Positions 1-10,367 are shown, numbered from the stretch's first letter. The stretch: 64,000 nt of DNA from Candidatus Poribacteria bacterium (GCA_965204285.1 OZ241980.1:160235-224234), one strand, 5' to 3'. Numbers and translations are program-made. Notes: generated by a model from the letters alone, not told the origin.

Positions 1-1
1 C

Positions 2-196
2 TTTGAGGAAGTCGCAACTACATTCATTAGTGGTGTCGAATCGGCACGTAAATCTGAAAAATCTGGATACCAAAGTGCAGCATTAAATACCTATGACCAA
101 ATTTTGGAATTCGATGCATACGGTTTAAATCGTGAACTGTATGAACGTGCTCGCCTCAATTATGACCGTCTCACGATTGCTGGAAAAGAGGAATAA
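2..196 (+). CDS. 3' end of an upstream gene truncated by the window edge; product unknown
   Basis: The frame is open from base 2 to TAA at 194-196 (...YDQILEFDAYGLNRELYERARLNYDRLTIAGKEE*). It ends just before the RBS and ATG of the next gene. Confidence 0.4.
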   Translation, partial: FEEVATTFISGVESARKSEKSGYQSAALNTYDQILEFDAYGLNRELYERARLNYDRLTIAGKEE

Positions 197-197
197 A

Positions 198-1214
198 ATG
201 AAAGATAGAAAACGTCATTTGCTTGTTTGGACAATTGAAATAGCAAAACGGATAAGTTTTGGACTAATTTTAGTTTTTCTGTGTCTTCCCATCACCTTAG
301 ATGCAGCACCCACGGGGCGTATTGCTTATGCTGTTTCTGGTTTTAACAATAAACTTGGAAGATTAGATTTCAATCTCCACATGACGACCTTTACTGAAAA
401 GGGCGACTTCAAGACAACGCCCTTAAATCAATCTGGAATGTATCCAGCATGGGGACCAGAAGGCGACACGCTCTATTTTATTCAACGTGCCGACACACAA
501 TCGCATATCTTTTCAATTAATATTAACAATCCTAAAAATAAAACACTACTTACAGAGATTAGCGGCACCTATCGATTTTTAGCTGTTTCACCGAATGGAA
601 AGAAACTTGCTTTTAACGGATGGACGCGCGAACAGCAACAACAAGAAAATCAGGTTTGGGTACTTGATATTGAAACAGGTGAAATGGAAGCAGTGACTGC
701 GATACCACACTTTGGGAGGAGTTTCTTTTTTTGGGGAATCTCTTGGGCACCGAACAGTAGACAACTTGCGTTTTCACTTGAAAGACCAGGTGGATTAGAA
801 CAGCTTTACCTATTAGACCTTGAAACAAAAGAGATAGAAATATTAACTGAATTAAATATTGATTTCTATCCTGTTTGGTCGCCTGATGGTACAAAAATTT
901 TGTTCCGTAGGTGGAACAGAGAATTTGACACGATGTCTACAATTGATGTTGAAACGCGAGCCATAAAACCGCTCTTTGATGTTGATAAGCAGACCGGCAT
1001 GTGGACAGATTGGTCATTTGATGGTCAATCGATTATCTTCTCTCGGTGGGGAGCGTTCTATTTACACGATCTTCTTACCGGAAAAACAGAACAATTATTT
1101 GAAGTGGAAGGTAGCATTTTTGTGATTTCCTGGTGGAAGCATGAGGTGCTTGCTGTTGAACCCAAACGGAAATTAACTACAACTTGGGGGGAAGTCAAAC
1201 GTACTTTGAGATAA
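198..1214 (+). CDS. Secreted TolB-like PD40/WD40-like beta-propeller protein with a C-terminal KLTTTWGEVKR tail
   Basis: ATG at 198 is preceded by AAGAGGA. This start is preferred over the ORF-track start at 132, which overlaps the upstream stop. There is a hydrophobic signal/anchor (ISFGLILVFLCLPITLDA). Repeated (W/V)SP(D/N)G-x-x-(L/I)-(A/I/L)F blades are present (SPNGKKLAF, WAPNSRQLAF, WSPDGTKILF, WSFDGQSIIF). Confidence 0.75.
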   Translation: MKDRKRHLLVWTIEIAKRISFGLILVFLCLPITLDAAPTGRIAYAVSGFNNKLGRLDFNLHMTTFTEKGDFKTTPLNQSGMYPAWGPEGDTLYFIQRADTQSHIFSININNPKNKTLLTEISGTYRFLAVSPNGKKLAFNGWTREQQQQENQVWVLDIETGEMEAVTAIPHFGRSFFFWGISWAPNSRQLAFSLERPGGLEQLYLLDLETKEIEILTELNIDFYPVWSPDGTKILFRRWNREFDTMSTIDVETRAIKPLFDVDKQTGMWTDWSFDGQSIIFSRWGAFYLHDLLTGKTEQLFEVEGSIFVISWWKHEVLAVEPKRKLTTTWGEVKRTLR

Positions 1215-1222
1215 CATCTTTA

Positions 1223-1262
1223 TGCGGCACTTCTGAAGCCGCAGGATCTTTATATTTTCTTT
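1223..1262 (+). terminator. Possible intrinsic terminator
   Basis: TGCGGC-N9-GCCGCA hairpin (1223-1243) followed by a T-rich stretch, directly after the stop at 1214. Confidence 0.35.
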
Positions 1263-1398
1263 TCTATTCTTAATTCTATCTCATATTCATTTGACAGAAC
1301 TCCTGATATATTGAAGCAGGGTTTGTAAGTCTCGCAGCTTCACTTTATGAGATAACTCTAATTCAGACGTATCTTAGTAAAAAAAGAAGGTTAGACCA

Positions 1399-3837
1399 AT
1401 GCTGCCCAACGTGGAAACAGCCTTAGAATTTGATAAAATCAAAAACCTATTAAAAAGGTATACGGCTTCTGAGTTAGGAAATGCGCGAGTAGATAAGCTT
1501 GCTCCCGCTGATTCACTGGACATAGTACGTAATTTATTAAAATTATGCACTGAAGTGAAAACTTTTCAGCAACAGTCTGGTGATATACCGCTGAATGGAT
1601 TAACAGATATTGGTCAGATACTTCGACAAGCCTCTATTTCTGGTGCCATCTTAGAACCGGAGGCGTTCTTAAATGTTGTAAAGGTAGCAGAGTTACCATC
1701 CAGAATAAAAAAGAAATTTAATATTCAGGATCGTGAAGACTTTCCACGACTATTGTATATAGTAGATTCGCTACCTGTCTTTGACGAAATCGTTAAAGTT
1801 ATATCATATTGTATTAGTCCTGAAGGAACTGTCTTAGACCGTGCGAGTTCCGAGTTACGTGCTATTCGCCGTAAACTTATCAAATCCCGTGAAAACATCC
1901 ATCAAAAATTAGAAGCGATCCTCCGCTCCCCCGACCATCAAAAATCAATTCAGGAATCGGTCATTACCTTTAGAAACAATCGTTATGTAATACCTATCAA
2001 ACAAGATGCAAGGACTTTTTTCAGTGGCGTTGTTCAAGGTCAATCCACCAGTGGTGCAACCTATTTTATGGAACCTTTGTCAATAGTTGAAATGAATAAT
2101 GCCCTTCATGAGGCAGTTGAAGATGAAAATCGAGAGATTCGTAAGATTCTGTTGGATTTAACAGACAAAATACGTGAACGGATTGATGATTTTGAATGTG
2201 CGCTTAATCTACTCGCTGAACTTGACTTCCTAAATGCCAAAGCCCGATTTAGCCATGAATTGAATGCCGTTGAACCCCAATTAAATACGAACGGTGTTGT
2301 TAACCTTTCTGAAGCGCGACATCCTCTCTTGGAATTTCAAGTCCGAGCGAATTCTCAATCCCAAAAACAAAAAACATCAGAACCTGCTAAACCAGAACAC
2401 AGACAACCTACACGAGTTGTTCCTACAGATGTACGCGTTGGCAAAAGTTTTAAGACACTTGTCATCACAGGTCCGAATACGGGTGGAAAAACTGTTGTGC
2501 TAAAAACGTTAGGGCTATTGTGTTTGATGGCACAATCTGGGTTACATATTCCAGCAGCAAATGGTAGCAAACTCCCGATTTTTAATCACATTTTTGCCGA
2601 TATAGGGGACGATCAGAACATAGAACAGAGTCTTAGCACATTTTCCTCACATATCACAAAAATTGCTGAAATGCTGAACGCAATTGAGGCCTCTGAATCT
2701 GCACATACTCTTGTTCTATTGGACGAGATCGGAGCGGGCACCGACCCGACTGAAGGAACGGCACTCGGTATGGCGATTTTGGCTTGGCTGAGCGAACGGA
2801 ATGTCAGTACGATCGTTACGACACATTATGGTGCGCTTAAAGCTTATACCCACACACAAGATAACATGGAAAACGCTTCAATGGAATTTGATTGGGGCAC
2901 ATTGCAACCGACTTACCGTTTAAAGATAGGAGTTCCTGGAAGTAGTAATGCACTAAAAATCGCCGAACAATTAGGACTTCCTTCCCGTATTCTCGCTGAT
3001 GCAGAAAGTAACTTGGGAAATAATAACATTGCTGTGGAAGATCTGCTCATCCAACTACAACAGACACAACAGGAATTGGATACCGAACGTCAACAACTCC
3101 ATGAAAAAATTCGTCTCGCTGAAACTGAATATCAGAAACATAAAGAACTAATTGATACATTTGAAACAGAACAACAAACTCGTCTACAAGACGCTGAAAA
3201 AGAAGCGCTGGAAATTATTTCTACGGCTCGCCGAACAGTAGACAATGTAGTTGCAGACATCCGTCGTGAGCAAGCCTCCAAAGCCAGTATCCGCGAAGCA
3301 TTCTCAAAAATTGAAACCGCCAAAAAACAACTCAAACCCGACCCACCCAAAAAACAAACCAAGAAAAACATACTCTCTGTCAAGGTTGGTGACAAAGTTC
3401 GAATTATACGGTTGAATCGATTCGGGCAGGTTACCGCTATTGACAAACATGTTAGTACGCCTTTACAGGTCCGAGTCGGCAGTATGCAGATGAATCTTTC
3501 TTATAACGATATTGACAATGTTGTGCCGAAAAAAGAGTCGCAACATCTCTCTACTTCTGTTCTGGACATGCAATATAGCAAAGCAAATTCAGTTAAAGAG
3601 GAACTGTGTATTCATGGCATGCTTGTTAAAGAAGGATTAGACATTACGGACAAATATCTGGACGATGCCTACCTTGCAGGATTATTAACTGTGAGAATTC
3701 TGCACGGAAAGGGGACTGGGGCATTACGTGGCGCGGTTCACGAGGTATTAGACGCGAACCCACACGTCGCTAATTATCAATATGCCCCGTATAATGAAGG
3801 TGGAGAGGGTGTTACTGTCGTTAAATTCAAAGAATAA
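1399..3837 (+). CDS. mutS2: Endonuclease MutS2 (MutS-type ATPase with a C-terminal Smr domain)
   Basis: Walker A motif GPNTGGKT and the LLDEIGAGTDPTEG motif are present. A coiled-coil middle section is followed by a C-terminal Smr-like domain (LHGKGTGALRGAVHEVL). Length is 812 aa and an RBS (GAAGG) lies upstream. Confidence 0.9.
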   Translation: MLPNVETALEFDKIKNLLKRYTASELGNARVDKLAPADSLDIVRNLLKLCTEVKTFQQQSGDIPLNGLTDIGQILRQASISGAILEPEAFLNVVKVAELPSRIKKKFNIQDREDFPRLLYIVDSLPVFDEIVKVISYCISPEGTVLDRASSELRAIRRKLIKSRENIHQKLEAILRSPDHQKSIQESVITFRNNRYVIPIKQDARTFFSGVVQGQSTSGATYFMEPLSIVEMNNALHEAVEDENREIRKILLDLTDKIRERIDDFECALNLLAELDFLNAKARFSHELNAVEPQLNTNGVVNLSEARHPLLEFQVRANSQSQKQKTSEPAKPEHRQPTRVVPTDVRVGKSFKTLVITGPNTGGKTVVLKTLGLLCLMAQSGLHIPAANGSKLPIFNHIFADIGDDQNIEQSLSTFSSHITKIAEMLNAIEASESAHTLVLLDEIGAGTDPTEGTALGMAILAWLSERNVSTIVTTHYGALKAYTHTQDNMENASMEFDWGTLQPTYRLKIGVPGSSNALKIAEQLGLPSRILADAESNLGNNNIAVEDLLIQLQQTQQELDTERQQLHEKIRLAETEYQKHKELIDTFETEQQTRLQDAEKEALEIISTARRTVDNVVADIRREQASKASIREAFSKIETAKKQLKPDPPKKQTKKNILSVKVGDKVRIIRLNRFGQVTAIDKHVSTPLQVRVGSMQMNLSYNDIDNVVPKKESQHLSTSVLDMQYSKANSVKEELCIHGMLVKEGLDITDKYLDDAYLAGLLTVRILHGKGTGALRGAVHEVLDANPHVANYQYAPYNEGGEGVTVVKFKE

Positions 3838-3889
3838 CTTGAAAGTTTTTCTTCTGAAATAGTCAACATGTTGGTTTAGAGGTTTTCTC

Positions 3890-5758
3890 ATGGCAACAAG
3901 AAACTATATACCGCCCGAAACTATTGAGGAAATTCGGACACAGAATAATATCGTAGACGTAATTTCTGAATCTGGTGTTGCACTCAAACAAGCTGGACGA
4001 AACTACCAAGCACTCTGTCCATTTCACGAAGAAAAGACGCCTTCTTTTTCAGTGTCGCCAGAAAAACAGATATTCTACTGTTTTGGATGCCAAACAGGTG
4101 GTAATGTCATTCATTTCCTGCAAAAACATGAAGGAAAAACTTTTATTGAGGCGATTGAATGGCTTGCAGAGCGGGCGAATATTTCGTTGCCGACACGAGA
4201 TGCAAAATCCAGTGCACGCCAAAAACTAATCAACGACTTGAGTGAACTTAATAGGTTTGCTGTGAAATACTACCACGAACTACTGCGCACGGGACAACAT
4301 AGTCAGCATGCACGTGAGTATCTCAAAAATCGCGGTGTGGTTTCACAAACTAATCAACTGTTCCAACTGGGTTACGCAAAACAACAGAGGCGTGATTTGG
4401 TAAAAGCAGCAACACATGAAGGCTGGACAGTACAGCAATTGGTTGATGCTGGGTTAATTAAAAATGAAGATCAGGGACCTCAAGACCGTTTTTGGAATCG
4501 GATACTATTTCCGATTTACAATGCACAAGGGGTGCCGGTAGGATTTGGTGGTCGAGCGTTATCTGATGAACATCAACCGAAATACCTAAATTCTCCCACA
4601 ACGGTTCTATATGACAAAAGCAGGATTCTTTTCAATCTTGACAAGGCAAGACAATCTATATCCAGAAAGCAGTCTGCCATTCTCGTAGAAGGGTATATGG
4701 ATGTCTTGATGCTACATCAACACGGGATTGAAAACGTAATAGCCGCATCAGGCACATCTTTAAGCGAGGAACATGCGGCGCTATTGAAACGGTATACGCC
4801 TGAAGTTGTCATCGTCTTTGATGGTGATGCTTCTGGATTGCAAGCAGCACAACGTGGGTTGCATAGACTCATCGGCGAAGAGATTCGTGTGCGGATTGCC
4901 CTCATGCCAAAAGGTGATGATCCAGATTCCTATGTCAAACAAAACGGCGCGGATGCTTTCAATGAATTAATTGATAAAGCGATTAACCTAATTGAATTTC
5001 AAATTCAATCCGCAATCCAAAAAAAGAACATCCGACGTCCTGATGTCAAAACACAAGTTGTCAAAGACATTAGCGCGATACTTGTGAATATAAAAAACCG
5101 AGTCGAACGAACAGAATATGTAAAATATGCTGTAAAGGAACTTGAAATTGATGAAGGATTACTTTGGCGGGAATTACGTGACTTAGGTTTAAAGGATGCA
5201 CCTTCTAAAAATAAAACCACGACCCAAAAGACAATTTCAAAAAAGTTGTCCCCACGCGAACAAACTGAATGGAGGATCGTCCAAGATTTAATTCAATTTC
5301 CCGAACTGATTTCCAAAGTTAAAACATTGCTACATTACCAAGAAATAACAAATCCCCGCCTCGCAAATATTGTTCAACTGCTTTGGGATGCCAGCGAGAA
5401 CGAAGAAAACATCGATATACAACACATTCTTAACACCTGTGAGGATGAAACTCTTAAGAGCATAATTTCCAACGCAATTATTAGCAAAAGGAACATTCCT
5501 AACCCTCATGCCAGAATTGAGTTTTGTCTCAGGAAACTGAAAAGTTTCATATTACAAGAAGTTGAACAACGTATCCGATCAAATGCCCTTGCAGATGGGG
5601 ATGATGATCTTGAAAAACTAAAAGAAGTTGTAGACTTATCAAACCAAAGACGTGCTTTTGGACAAAAAGGCCTCCTTGAACAGACAGGAAATTCTCCACA
5701 GTCTGACGAAGAAACGGATACCCCTCAAATTACTGGTAATATTGAGAAGGAGAACTAA
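3890..5758 (+). CDS. dnaG: DNA primase
   Basis: N-terminal CHC2 zinc finger ([34 protein letters not shown]), an RNA-polymerase core and a Toprim region ([10 protein letters not shown]...[11 protein letters not shown]). It sits upstream of rpoD as in the classical primase-sigma operon. Confidence 0.92.
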   Translation: MATRNYIPPETIEEIRTQNNIVDVISESGVALKQAGRNYQALCPFHEEKTPSFSVSPEKQIFYCFGCQTGGNVIHFLQKHEGKTFIEAIEWLAERANISLPTRDAKSSARQKLINDLSELNRFAVKYYHELLRTGQHSQHAREYLKNRGVVSQTNQLFQLGYAKQQRRDLVKAATHEGWTVQQLVDAGLIKNEDQGPQDRFWNRILFPIYNAQGVPVGFGGRALSDEHQPKYLNSPTTVLYDKSRILFNLDKARQSISRKQSAILVEGYMDVLMLHQHGIENVIAASGTSLSEEHAALLKRYTPEVVIVFDGDASGLQAAQRGLHRLIGEEIRVRIALMPKGDDPDSYVKQNGADAFNELIDKAINLIEFQIQSAIQKKNIRRPDVKTQVVKDISAILVNIKNRVERTEYVKYAVKELEIDEGLLWRELRDLGLKDAPSKNKTTTQKTISKKLSPREQTEWRIVQDLIQFPELISKVKTLLHYQEITNPRLANIVQLLWDASENEENIDIQHILNTCEDETLKSIISNAIISKRNIPNPHARIEFCLRKLKSFILQEVEQRIRSNALADGDDDLEKLKEVVDLSNQRRAFGQKGLLEQTGNSPQSDEETDTPQITGNIEKEN

Positions 5759-6315
5759 TGATGGATTTGGGAAATGCACATCCGCTTGATTTTCAGTTTA
5801 AAGAAGTTGAACGTAATATTAATGGACGTGAACAGGAAATTTCACGTCTTGTGAAGGAACATAACATCCCCGCAGAATGGTTTGATAGAGAATTCAACGC
5901 TGAAACCCACGATTTTGAAACAGATGCTGTTAAAGAAGCGTATCTCGAGATTGCTCGTTATCAGTACGAAATAAAACAATACATTAATACTTTCTGCATC
6001 TCTCGCGAGAAGCTACAAGATATTACGAAACAGATTGATTTCAGCGTAATTAATAATGCCCAAGATGCTAAAATGGCGATTGTAAAAGCAAGTATGAGGC
6101 TGGTCGTTAGCATCGTTAAGAAATATGGGCAAGAAGCTCAAGGTCGTGAATTTTTCGATCTGATTCAGGAAGGCAATATCGGTTTAATGAAAGCTATTGA
6201 TAACTACGATTATCAAGGTGGTTTTCAGTTTAACACTTACGTCACCTGGTGGGTACGTCAAAGTATTTCCCGTGCTATTGCTTCAGCAAAAGGAAACGAT
6301 GATCTTGATACTTAA
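5758..6315 (+). CDS. Truncated sigma-70 paralogue: the RpoD N-terminal dodecapeptide fused to part of the non-conserved region plus regions 2.1-2.4, with no regions 1.2, 3 or 4
   Basis: The ATG overlaps the dnaG stop by 1 nt (TAATGATG). [12 protein letters not shown] matches the RpoD start [11 protein letters not shown]. Residues from [14 protein letters not shown] to [12 protein letters not shown] are colinear with Rpo[15 protein letters not shown]...[12 protein letters not shown]. The ORF is intact for 185 aa. Confidence 0.6.
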   Translation: MMDLGNAHPLDFQFKEVERNINGREQEISRLVKEHNIPAEWFDREFNAETHDFETDAVKEAYLEIARYQYEIKQYINTFCISREKLQDITKQIDFSVINNAQDAKMAIVKASMRLVVSIVKKYGQEAQGREFFDLIQEGNIGLMKAIDNYDYQGGFQFNTYVTWWVRQSISRAIASAKGNDDLDT

Positions 6316-6443
6316 GGAACTCGTAAAACCGTCAAATTAATGGTGGGTGTTGTTCGCAGAATTCTTGCACAGACACTAAAGTCTAACGAACAACAGAATA
6401 GCCCGAAAACAAACGAAATTAGAATTAAAAGGAGAACGAACTG

Positions 6444-8054
6444 GTGGACTTAGGTAATACATACCCACTTGATTTTAATGAATCCGACAACACGGATCAG
6501 GTTGAATTTGATGACTTTATGGAATTCACTCCCGGGGAAATCAGTGAACGTGAGGATCTGATTAAAGTTTATCTACGTGACATGGGGAAAGTACCGTTGA
6601 TAGATAAAGAAAAGGAGATAGAATTATCTCAGCAAATTGAGATGGGACTCCGCCAGGCACAGGCTGCAACTTTTACTACTCGACTCGCGGTAGCAGAGAT
6701 TCGAAAACTTCTCTATAAAATCATTATCGCAAAAAAACGGGCATCTGATATTATTGATATGCAAGTTTCGAGCAGCTCAACTCGTGATAAGGAGCGTAAG
6801 CTGCGCGAAAAAGTTGAAAAGACGATGCGAGTCATTGAAACTTTAGAATTAGAATATCTTCTTGCTGCGAAAGAAGCGGCGAAGAACAATTCAGTCGTGG
6901 AATTTGAAACAGTTGGAAGTTATACCAACTTCGTCAAACATCTTGAGCAATTGAGGATTGACCGCGAAGAAATTAGCAAAATATCAGGACGAGTTAAAGA
7001 GGTTGAACGGAATATTGCTGACCGGGAACAAGAAATTGCACGCCTCCAAAAACGACATAAACTCCCGCAAGAGTGGTTCAACGGAAGGCTAAACTCAAAG
7101 ACTCATAATTTCAAAACGGTTGCTGCAAAAGAGGCATATATTAACATCGTCCGCTATCAACGCGAGATTCAACAATACCTAAATACAATCGGAATATCTC
7201 GTGATTCTCTCCAATCTATTACCAATCAGATTTGTACCGGCGAAACCAATGCCCAAGATGCAAAGATGGCTATTGTTGAAGCCAATCTCAGGTTAGTTGT
7301 TAGTATCGCAAAGAAGTACAGAAACCAAGCTCCGGGACTTGAATTCCTTGATCTTATTCAGGAAGGCAATATAGGGTTGATGAGAGCAGTAGACAAGTTT
7401 GATTATCAACGTGGTTTTAAGTTTAGCACGTACGCCACGTGGTGGATACGTCAAAGTATTACCCGCGCCATTGCGGACCAAGGGCGCACTATCCGTATTC
7501 CTGTTCACATGCATGAAAGGATCAATAAACTTAGGCGAGCAGAGCGTTCACTCATCCAAGATTTAGGTCGCCGACCAACACCAGAAGAGATCGCTGCAGA
7601 TATGGGAATTCCAGCAGAAAAAGTCAGAGAAGTTTTGAGGATTGTTCCAGAAACTGTCTCATTGGAAACACCTATCGGAGACGATGATGATGACAGCCAA
7701 TTAGGGGATTTTATTGAAGATGCAAGTGTGCTGTCGCCAGCCACGGAAGCTGAGTTAAGTATTCTCAAAGAACGTATCCAAGAGGCACTTGCAGATCTGT
7801 CTGAACGGGAACGAGAGGTAATCATCCTCCGCTTCGGTATTGAAGACGATACTGCTACCCCTTTGTTGTCTGAAGCAACACGCAATCGGATTGAGGAACT
7901 TTCCATTACGACCGGTTACCCAAAAACACTTGAAGAGGTCGGTGTCGTTTTTGATGTCACACGAGAACGTATCCGCCAAATTGAGGCGAAAGCCCTCCGC
8001 AAACTTCGCCATCCAGTTCGAAGCCATCGCCTGCGTGGTTTTATAGAAGAATAA
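6444..8054 (+). CDS. rpoD: Primary RNA polymerase sigma factor (sigma-70)
   Basis: GTG start 9 nt after AAAGGAG. Region 1.2 ([16 protein letters not shown]), region 2 ([54 protein letters not shown]), region 3, and region 4.2 ([30 protein letters not shown]) are all present. Confidence 0.92.
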   Translation: MDLGNTYPLDFNESDNTDQVEFDDFMEFTPGEISEREDLIKVYLRDMGKVPLIDKEKEIELSQQIEMGLRQAQAATFTTRLAVAEIRKLLYKIIIAKKRASDIIDMQVSSSSTRDKERKLREKVEKTMRVIETLELEYLLAAKEAAKNNSVVEFETVGSYTNFVKHLEQLRIDREEISKISGRVKEVERNIADREQEIARLQKRHKLPQEWFNGRLNSKTHNFKTVAAKEAYINIVRYQREIQQYLNTIGISRDSLQSITNQICTGETNAQDAKMAIVEANLRLVVSIAKKYRNQAPGLEFLDLIQEGNIGLMRAVDKFDYQRGFKFSTYATWWIRQSITRAIADQGRTIRIPVHMHERINKLRRAERSLIQDLGRRPTPEEIAADMGIPAEKVREVLRIVPETVSLETPIGDDDDDSQLGDFIEDASVLSPATEAELSILKERIQEALADLSEREREVIILRFGIEDDTATPLLSEATRNRIEELSITTGYPKTLEEVGVVFDVTRERIRQIEAKALRKLRHPVRSHRLRGFIEE

Positions 8055-8092
8055 TGATTACCTCATAAGAATTCCAACCCGCCAAGAATTAC

Positions 8093-8248
8093 CAGAGGCA
8101 TTCAATTCTCCAGTAATTGCACATGCTACATCTGTTTCTTCTTGTAGGAGCGATCTCCGAATCGCGACAAGACACAATGATAGTCGGGAATCGGAGTTCC
8201 CTCCTACAATATAATTAAATGGAAAAACTCAACAATTGAATGCCTCTG
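8093..8248. mobile_element. MITE-like non-autonomous element carrying REP-like unit copy 1
   Basis: Perfect 15-bp terminal inverted repeats: CAGAGGCATTCAATT (8093-8107) and AATTGAATGCCTCTG (8234-8248). They are flanked by a perfect 10-bp direct repeat CAAGAATTAC (8083-8092 and 8249-8258). No coding capacity. Confidence 0.55.
8143..8208. repeat. REP-like palindromic unit, copy 1 of 4
   Basis: TGTAGGAGCGATCTCCGAATCGCGAC ... GTCGGGAATCGGAGTTCCCTCCTACA. The two arms are imperfect reverse complements. Related copies are at 19889, 28300 and 51338. Confidence 0.8.
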
Positions 8249-8308
8249 CAAGAATTACATAAACACTTGATTTTTTACTAAAAACAAGGTATAATTAAAA
8301 ATCAATAA

Positions 8309-8381
8309 GGGTCCATAGCTCAGTGGTCAGAGCCGCCGGCTCATAACCGGCTGGTCCTAGGTTCGAGTCCTAGTGGGCCCA
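8309..8381 (+). tRNA. tRNA with CAT anticodon (elongator Met, or Ile2 if lysidine-modified)
   Basis: Hand-folded cloverleaf: acceptor GGGTCCA/TGGGCCC, D arm GCTC/GAGC, anticodon stem GCCGG/CCGGC with loop CTCATAA, T arm CTAGG-TTCGAGT-CCTAG, discriminator A. The 1:72 pair is G:C, so it is not an initiator. CCA is not encoded. Confidence 0.85.
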
Positions 8382-8392
8382 TCTCCTCTCAT

Positions 8393-8465
8393 GGGGCGTT
8401 AGCTCAGGGGTACGAGCGCTACCTTCACACGGTAGAAGTCACTGGTTCAAATCCAGTACGCCCCA
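8393..8465 (+). tRNA. tRNA-Val (CAC)
   Basis: Acceptor GGGGCGT/ACGCCCC, D arm GCTC/GAGC, anticodon stem CTACC/GGTAG with loop TTCACAC, T arm ACTGG-TTCAAAT-CCAGT. CCA is not encoded. Confidence 0.9.
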
Positions 8466-8778
8466 TTGCTTAGGGAAAACGCCACCTACCGCGTGAAGAC
8501 AGCTGTGATTACGTTCTTACAAAATTAGGTCCACCATTAAATCTGACTTTTGGAGGAATAAAATAAACAGTGTATCTTACTTCAGCTACTTCATTACCCA
8601 TTATCTCCTTTTTAAACATTATTTCGCCATGAATTGATGCTTTTGCAAAAAAAAAAAAAGCTAAACTTTTTCTGGTGAAAATGTATATAAATAATATAAC
8701 AGGTGATCACCTCGTTATTTTATAGTTTGAAACGATTAACTTTTCTCGTTGTTCTTTCTTTGGAAAAAGAGGTAACCT

Positions 8779-9411
8779 ATGAAATACCAACGCGGTCCAC
8801 ATTACTCAGGTAAATGTTCGTTCTATATTGTTCCCAATGACCCGCTCTCGGCAGAAGGATCAATACGTCAATGCGTCAATTGTGCTACAGAATTCAACAA
8901 GCGGTTGGGAAGTCTGAAGAATGATTTCTATCAAACAGCTATGTTGACGGTTCTGGAAGCGATGCCGAAGTATGACCCGAACCATCCGAGCGGTGCCAGT
9001 TTGGCTACGTTTATTAAACGACGCGTGTGTAGACGACTTTGGTGGGAACGGAAGAAAGTATTAAAATCTATACCATTTCCGGTTGACGAGCAACCTACGG
9101 ATGATGAAGACTGGACGCCAAATCCGTTAGTTGATGGTTTGAATGCTGAGGCGTGTGCACATGAAACGTTAGAAGACGAAGTGATTCGGCAGCTTGAGGT
9201 GGAACAATTGTGTGAACATTTACCTCAATTTTTGGCAAAACTTACCGAAAAACAACGCCGCGTCCTTGAAATGAAGTATTTTGAGGAACGCAGCGGTGTA
9301 GAGATAGCCAAAGCACTCGGCATCTCTAAAGGTCGGGTGAGCCAAATTCTGAAGACCGCTTTGGAAAAGGTGAAAAAGGCGTACCTCCTTGCATTAGAGA
9401 AAGGTTTTTAA
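8779..9411 (+). CDS. Alternative sigma-70 family sigma factor (regions 2 and 4 only)
   Basis: Region-2-like segment (FYQTAMLTVLEAMPKYDP...ATFIKRRVCRRLWWERKK) and region-4 HTH (LTEKQRRVLEMKYFEERSGVEIAKALGISKGRVSQILKTALEKVKK). The N-terminal 40 aa are unusual and contain Cys. RBS is AAGAGG. Confidence 0.75.
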   Translation: MKYQRGPHYSGKCSFYIVPNDPLSAEGSIRQCVNCATEFNKRLGSLKNDFYQTAMLTVLEAMPKYDPNHPSGASLATFIKRRVCRRLWWERKKVLKSIPFPVDEQPTDDEDWTPNPLVDGLNAEACAHETLEDEVIRQLEVEQLCEHLPQFLAKLTEKQRRVLEMKYFEERSGVEIAKALGISKGRVSQILKTALEKVKKAYLLALEKGF

Positions 9412-9482
9412 TTTTAAAACCAACGTCCTTGACGTTGATTTAAAATACCGACACCTGTATGGGTGTAAAAGGAGATTACAAA

Positions 9483-10298
9483 ATGCTTAAGTTGAAGTTC
9501 AAAACAATCGCGATTGCAGCGATAATCGCTTCTCTATTGTTGGCTGGTTTTGTTGTCAAAAGTGATGCAGCGTCTGTCACGTCGTTTTCTGTCTATTATG
9601 GTGATGATTGGGGAGCGGGTACAACCGTCTCCGTTTCTCTGACAACGGATGAAGATATATACTTTATTGACTGGTATATAGATGATGAATATAGTTTCAC
9701 GAGTACGCACGGTGACACACAAAGTGTGTATGAATACCTGGGCACGTTTGTCGGTGACATAAAAGGCATAAAGTATGATATAAGAGCAGTCGTGTCATTT
9801 GTGGAATCCTCTGATGCTGATGTTTCCGACACGATCAGGGTCTATAAACCGATCGTCAGGTCTAATATCGGCCCGTTGACAGGTGTCTCTGGCTCTGCAT
9901 ACATTTACAGTCAATACTTTACCGGCTCTGCTTTCGGCATGACTGGCTCCACCTATGCATATAACGGAACCAGCCACACGCTCAATGCACTCGGCTGGTT
10001 CCGACTGCAAGAGTGGTCAAGCGAAGACGGCGACTTTATAGATGAAAATCGAGATACAAAAGACCCTGATACCGATTTTGAGCCCGGTGAATCGTATAGT
10101 GTTTCCCCTGATTCTATGGAGGTAGAATTTCCGCAAAACCAACCGCTGAGGGATGATGAAGCGCGTTATTTTAATGCGCATACCCATCTCCAAGTGTATG
10201 GTGAGATTGAGGGTAAGACGCGTGTAGACGACTGGGAAGCCGATACAGAACAGCAGACGGGGACGACTGCTGTGAAGTTTACGTTGGATGATATTTAA
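9483..10298 (+). CDS. Secreted hypothetical protein
   Basis: ATG at 9483 lies 8 nt after AAAGGAG and is preferred over the ORF-track start at 9459. Signal peptide MLKLKFKTIAIAAIIASLLLAGFVVKSDA. No recognisable motif. Confidence 0.6.
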   Translation: MLKLKFKTIAIAAIIASLLLAGFVVKSDAASVTSFSVYYGDDWGAGTTVSVSLTTDEDIYFIDWYIDDEYSFTSTHGDTQSVYEYLGTFVGDIKGIKYDIRAVVSFVESSDADVSDTIRVYKPIVRSNIGPLTGVSGSAYIYSQYFTGSAFGMTGSTYAYNGTSHTLNALGWFRLQEWSSEDGDFIDENRDTKDPDTDFEPGESYSVSPDSMEVEFPQNQPLRDDEARYFNAHTHLQVYGEIEGKTRVDDWEADTEQQTGTTAVKFTLDDI

Positions 10299-10367
10299 GA
10301 GTCGTCAATCCATTATTATGGTGGCAGGGGACACGCGCCCCTGCCACTCTCTAAAAGGAGCAACGTT

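Noticed and set aside
132-197. Upstream extension of the first TolB-like ORF
   Set aside because: It overlaps the 3' end of the preceding gene in another frame. The ATG at 198 follows an RBS and precedes the signal peptide.
8309-8465. The tRNA pair as the attachment site of a genomic island
   Set aside because: There is no integrase, no direct repeat of a tRNA 3' end, and no abrupt gene-content boundary. The adjacent repeat is a small MITE.
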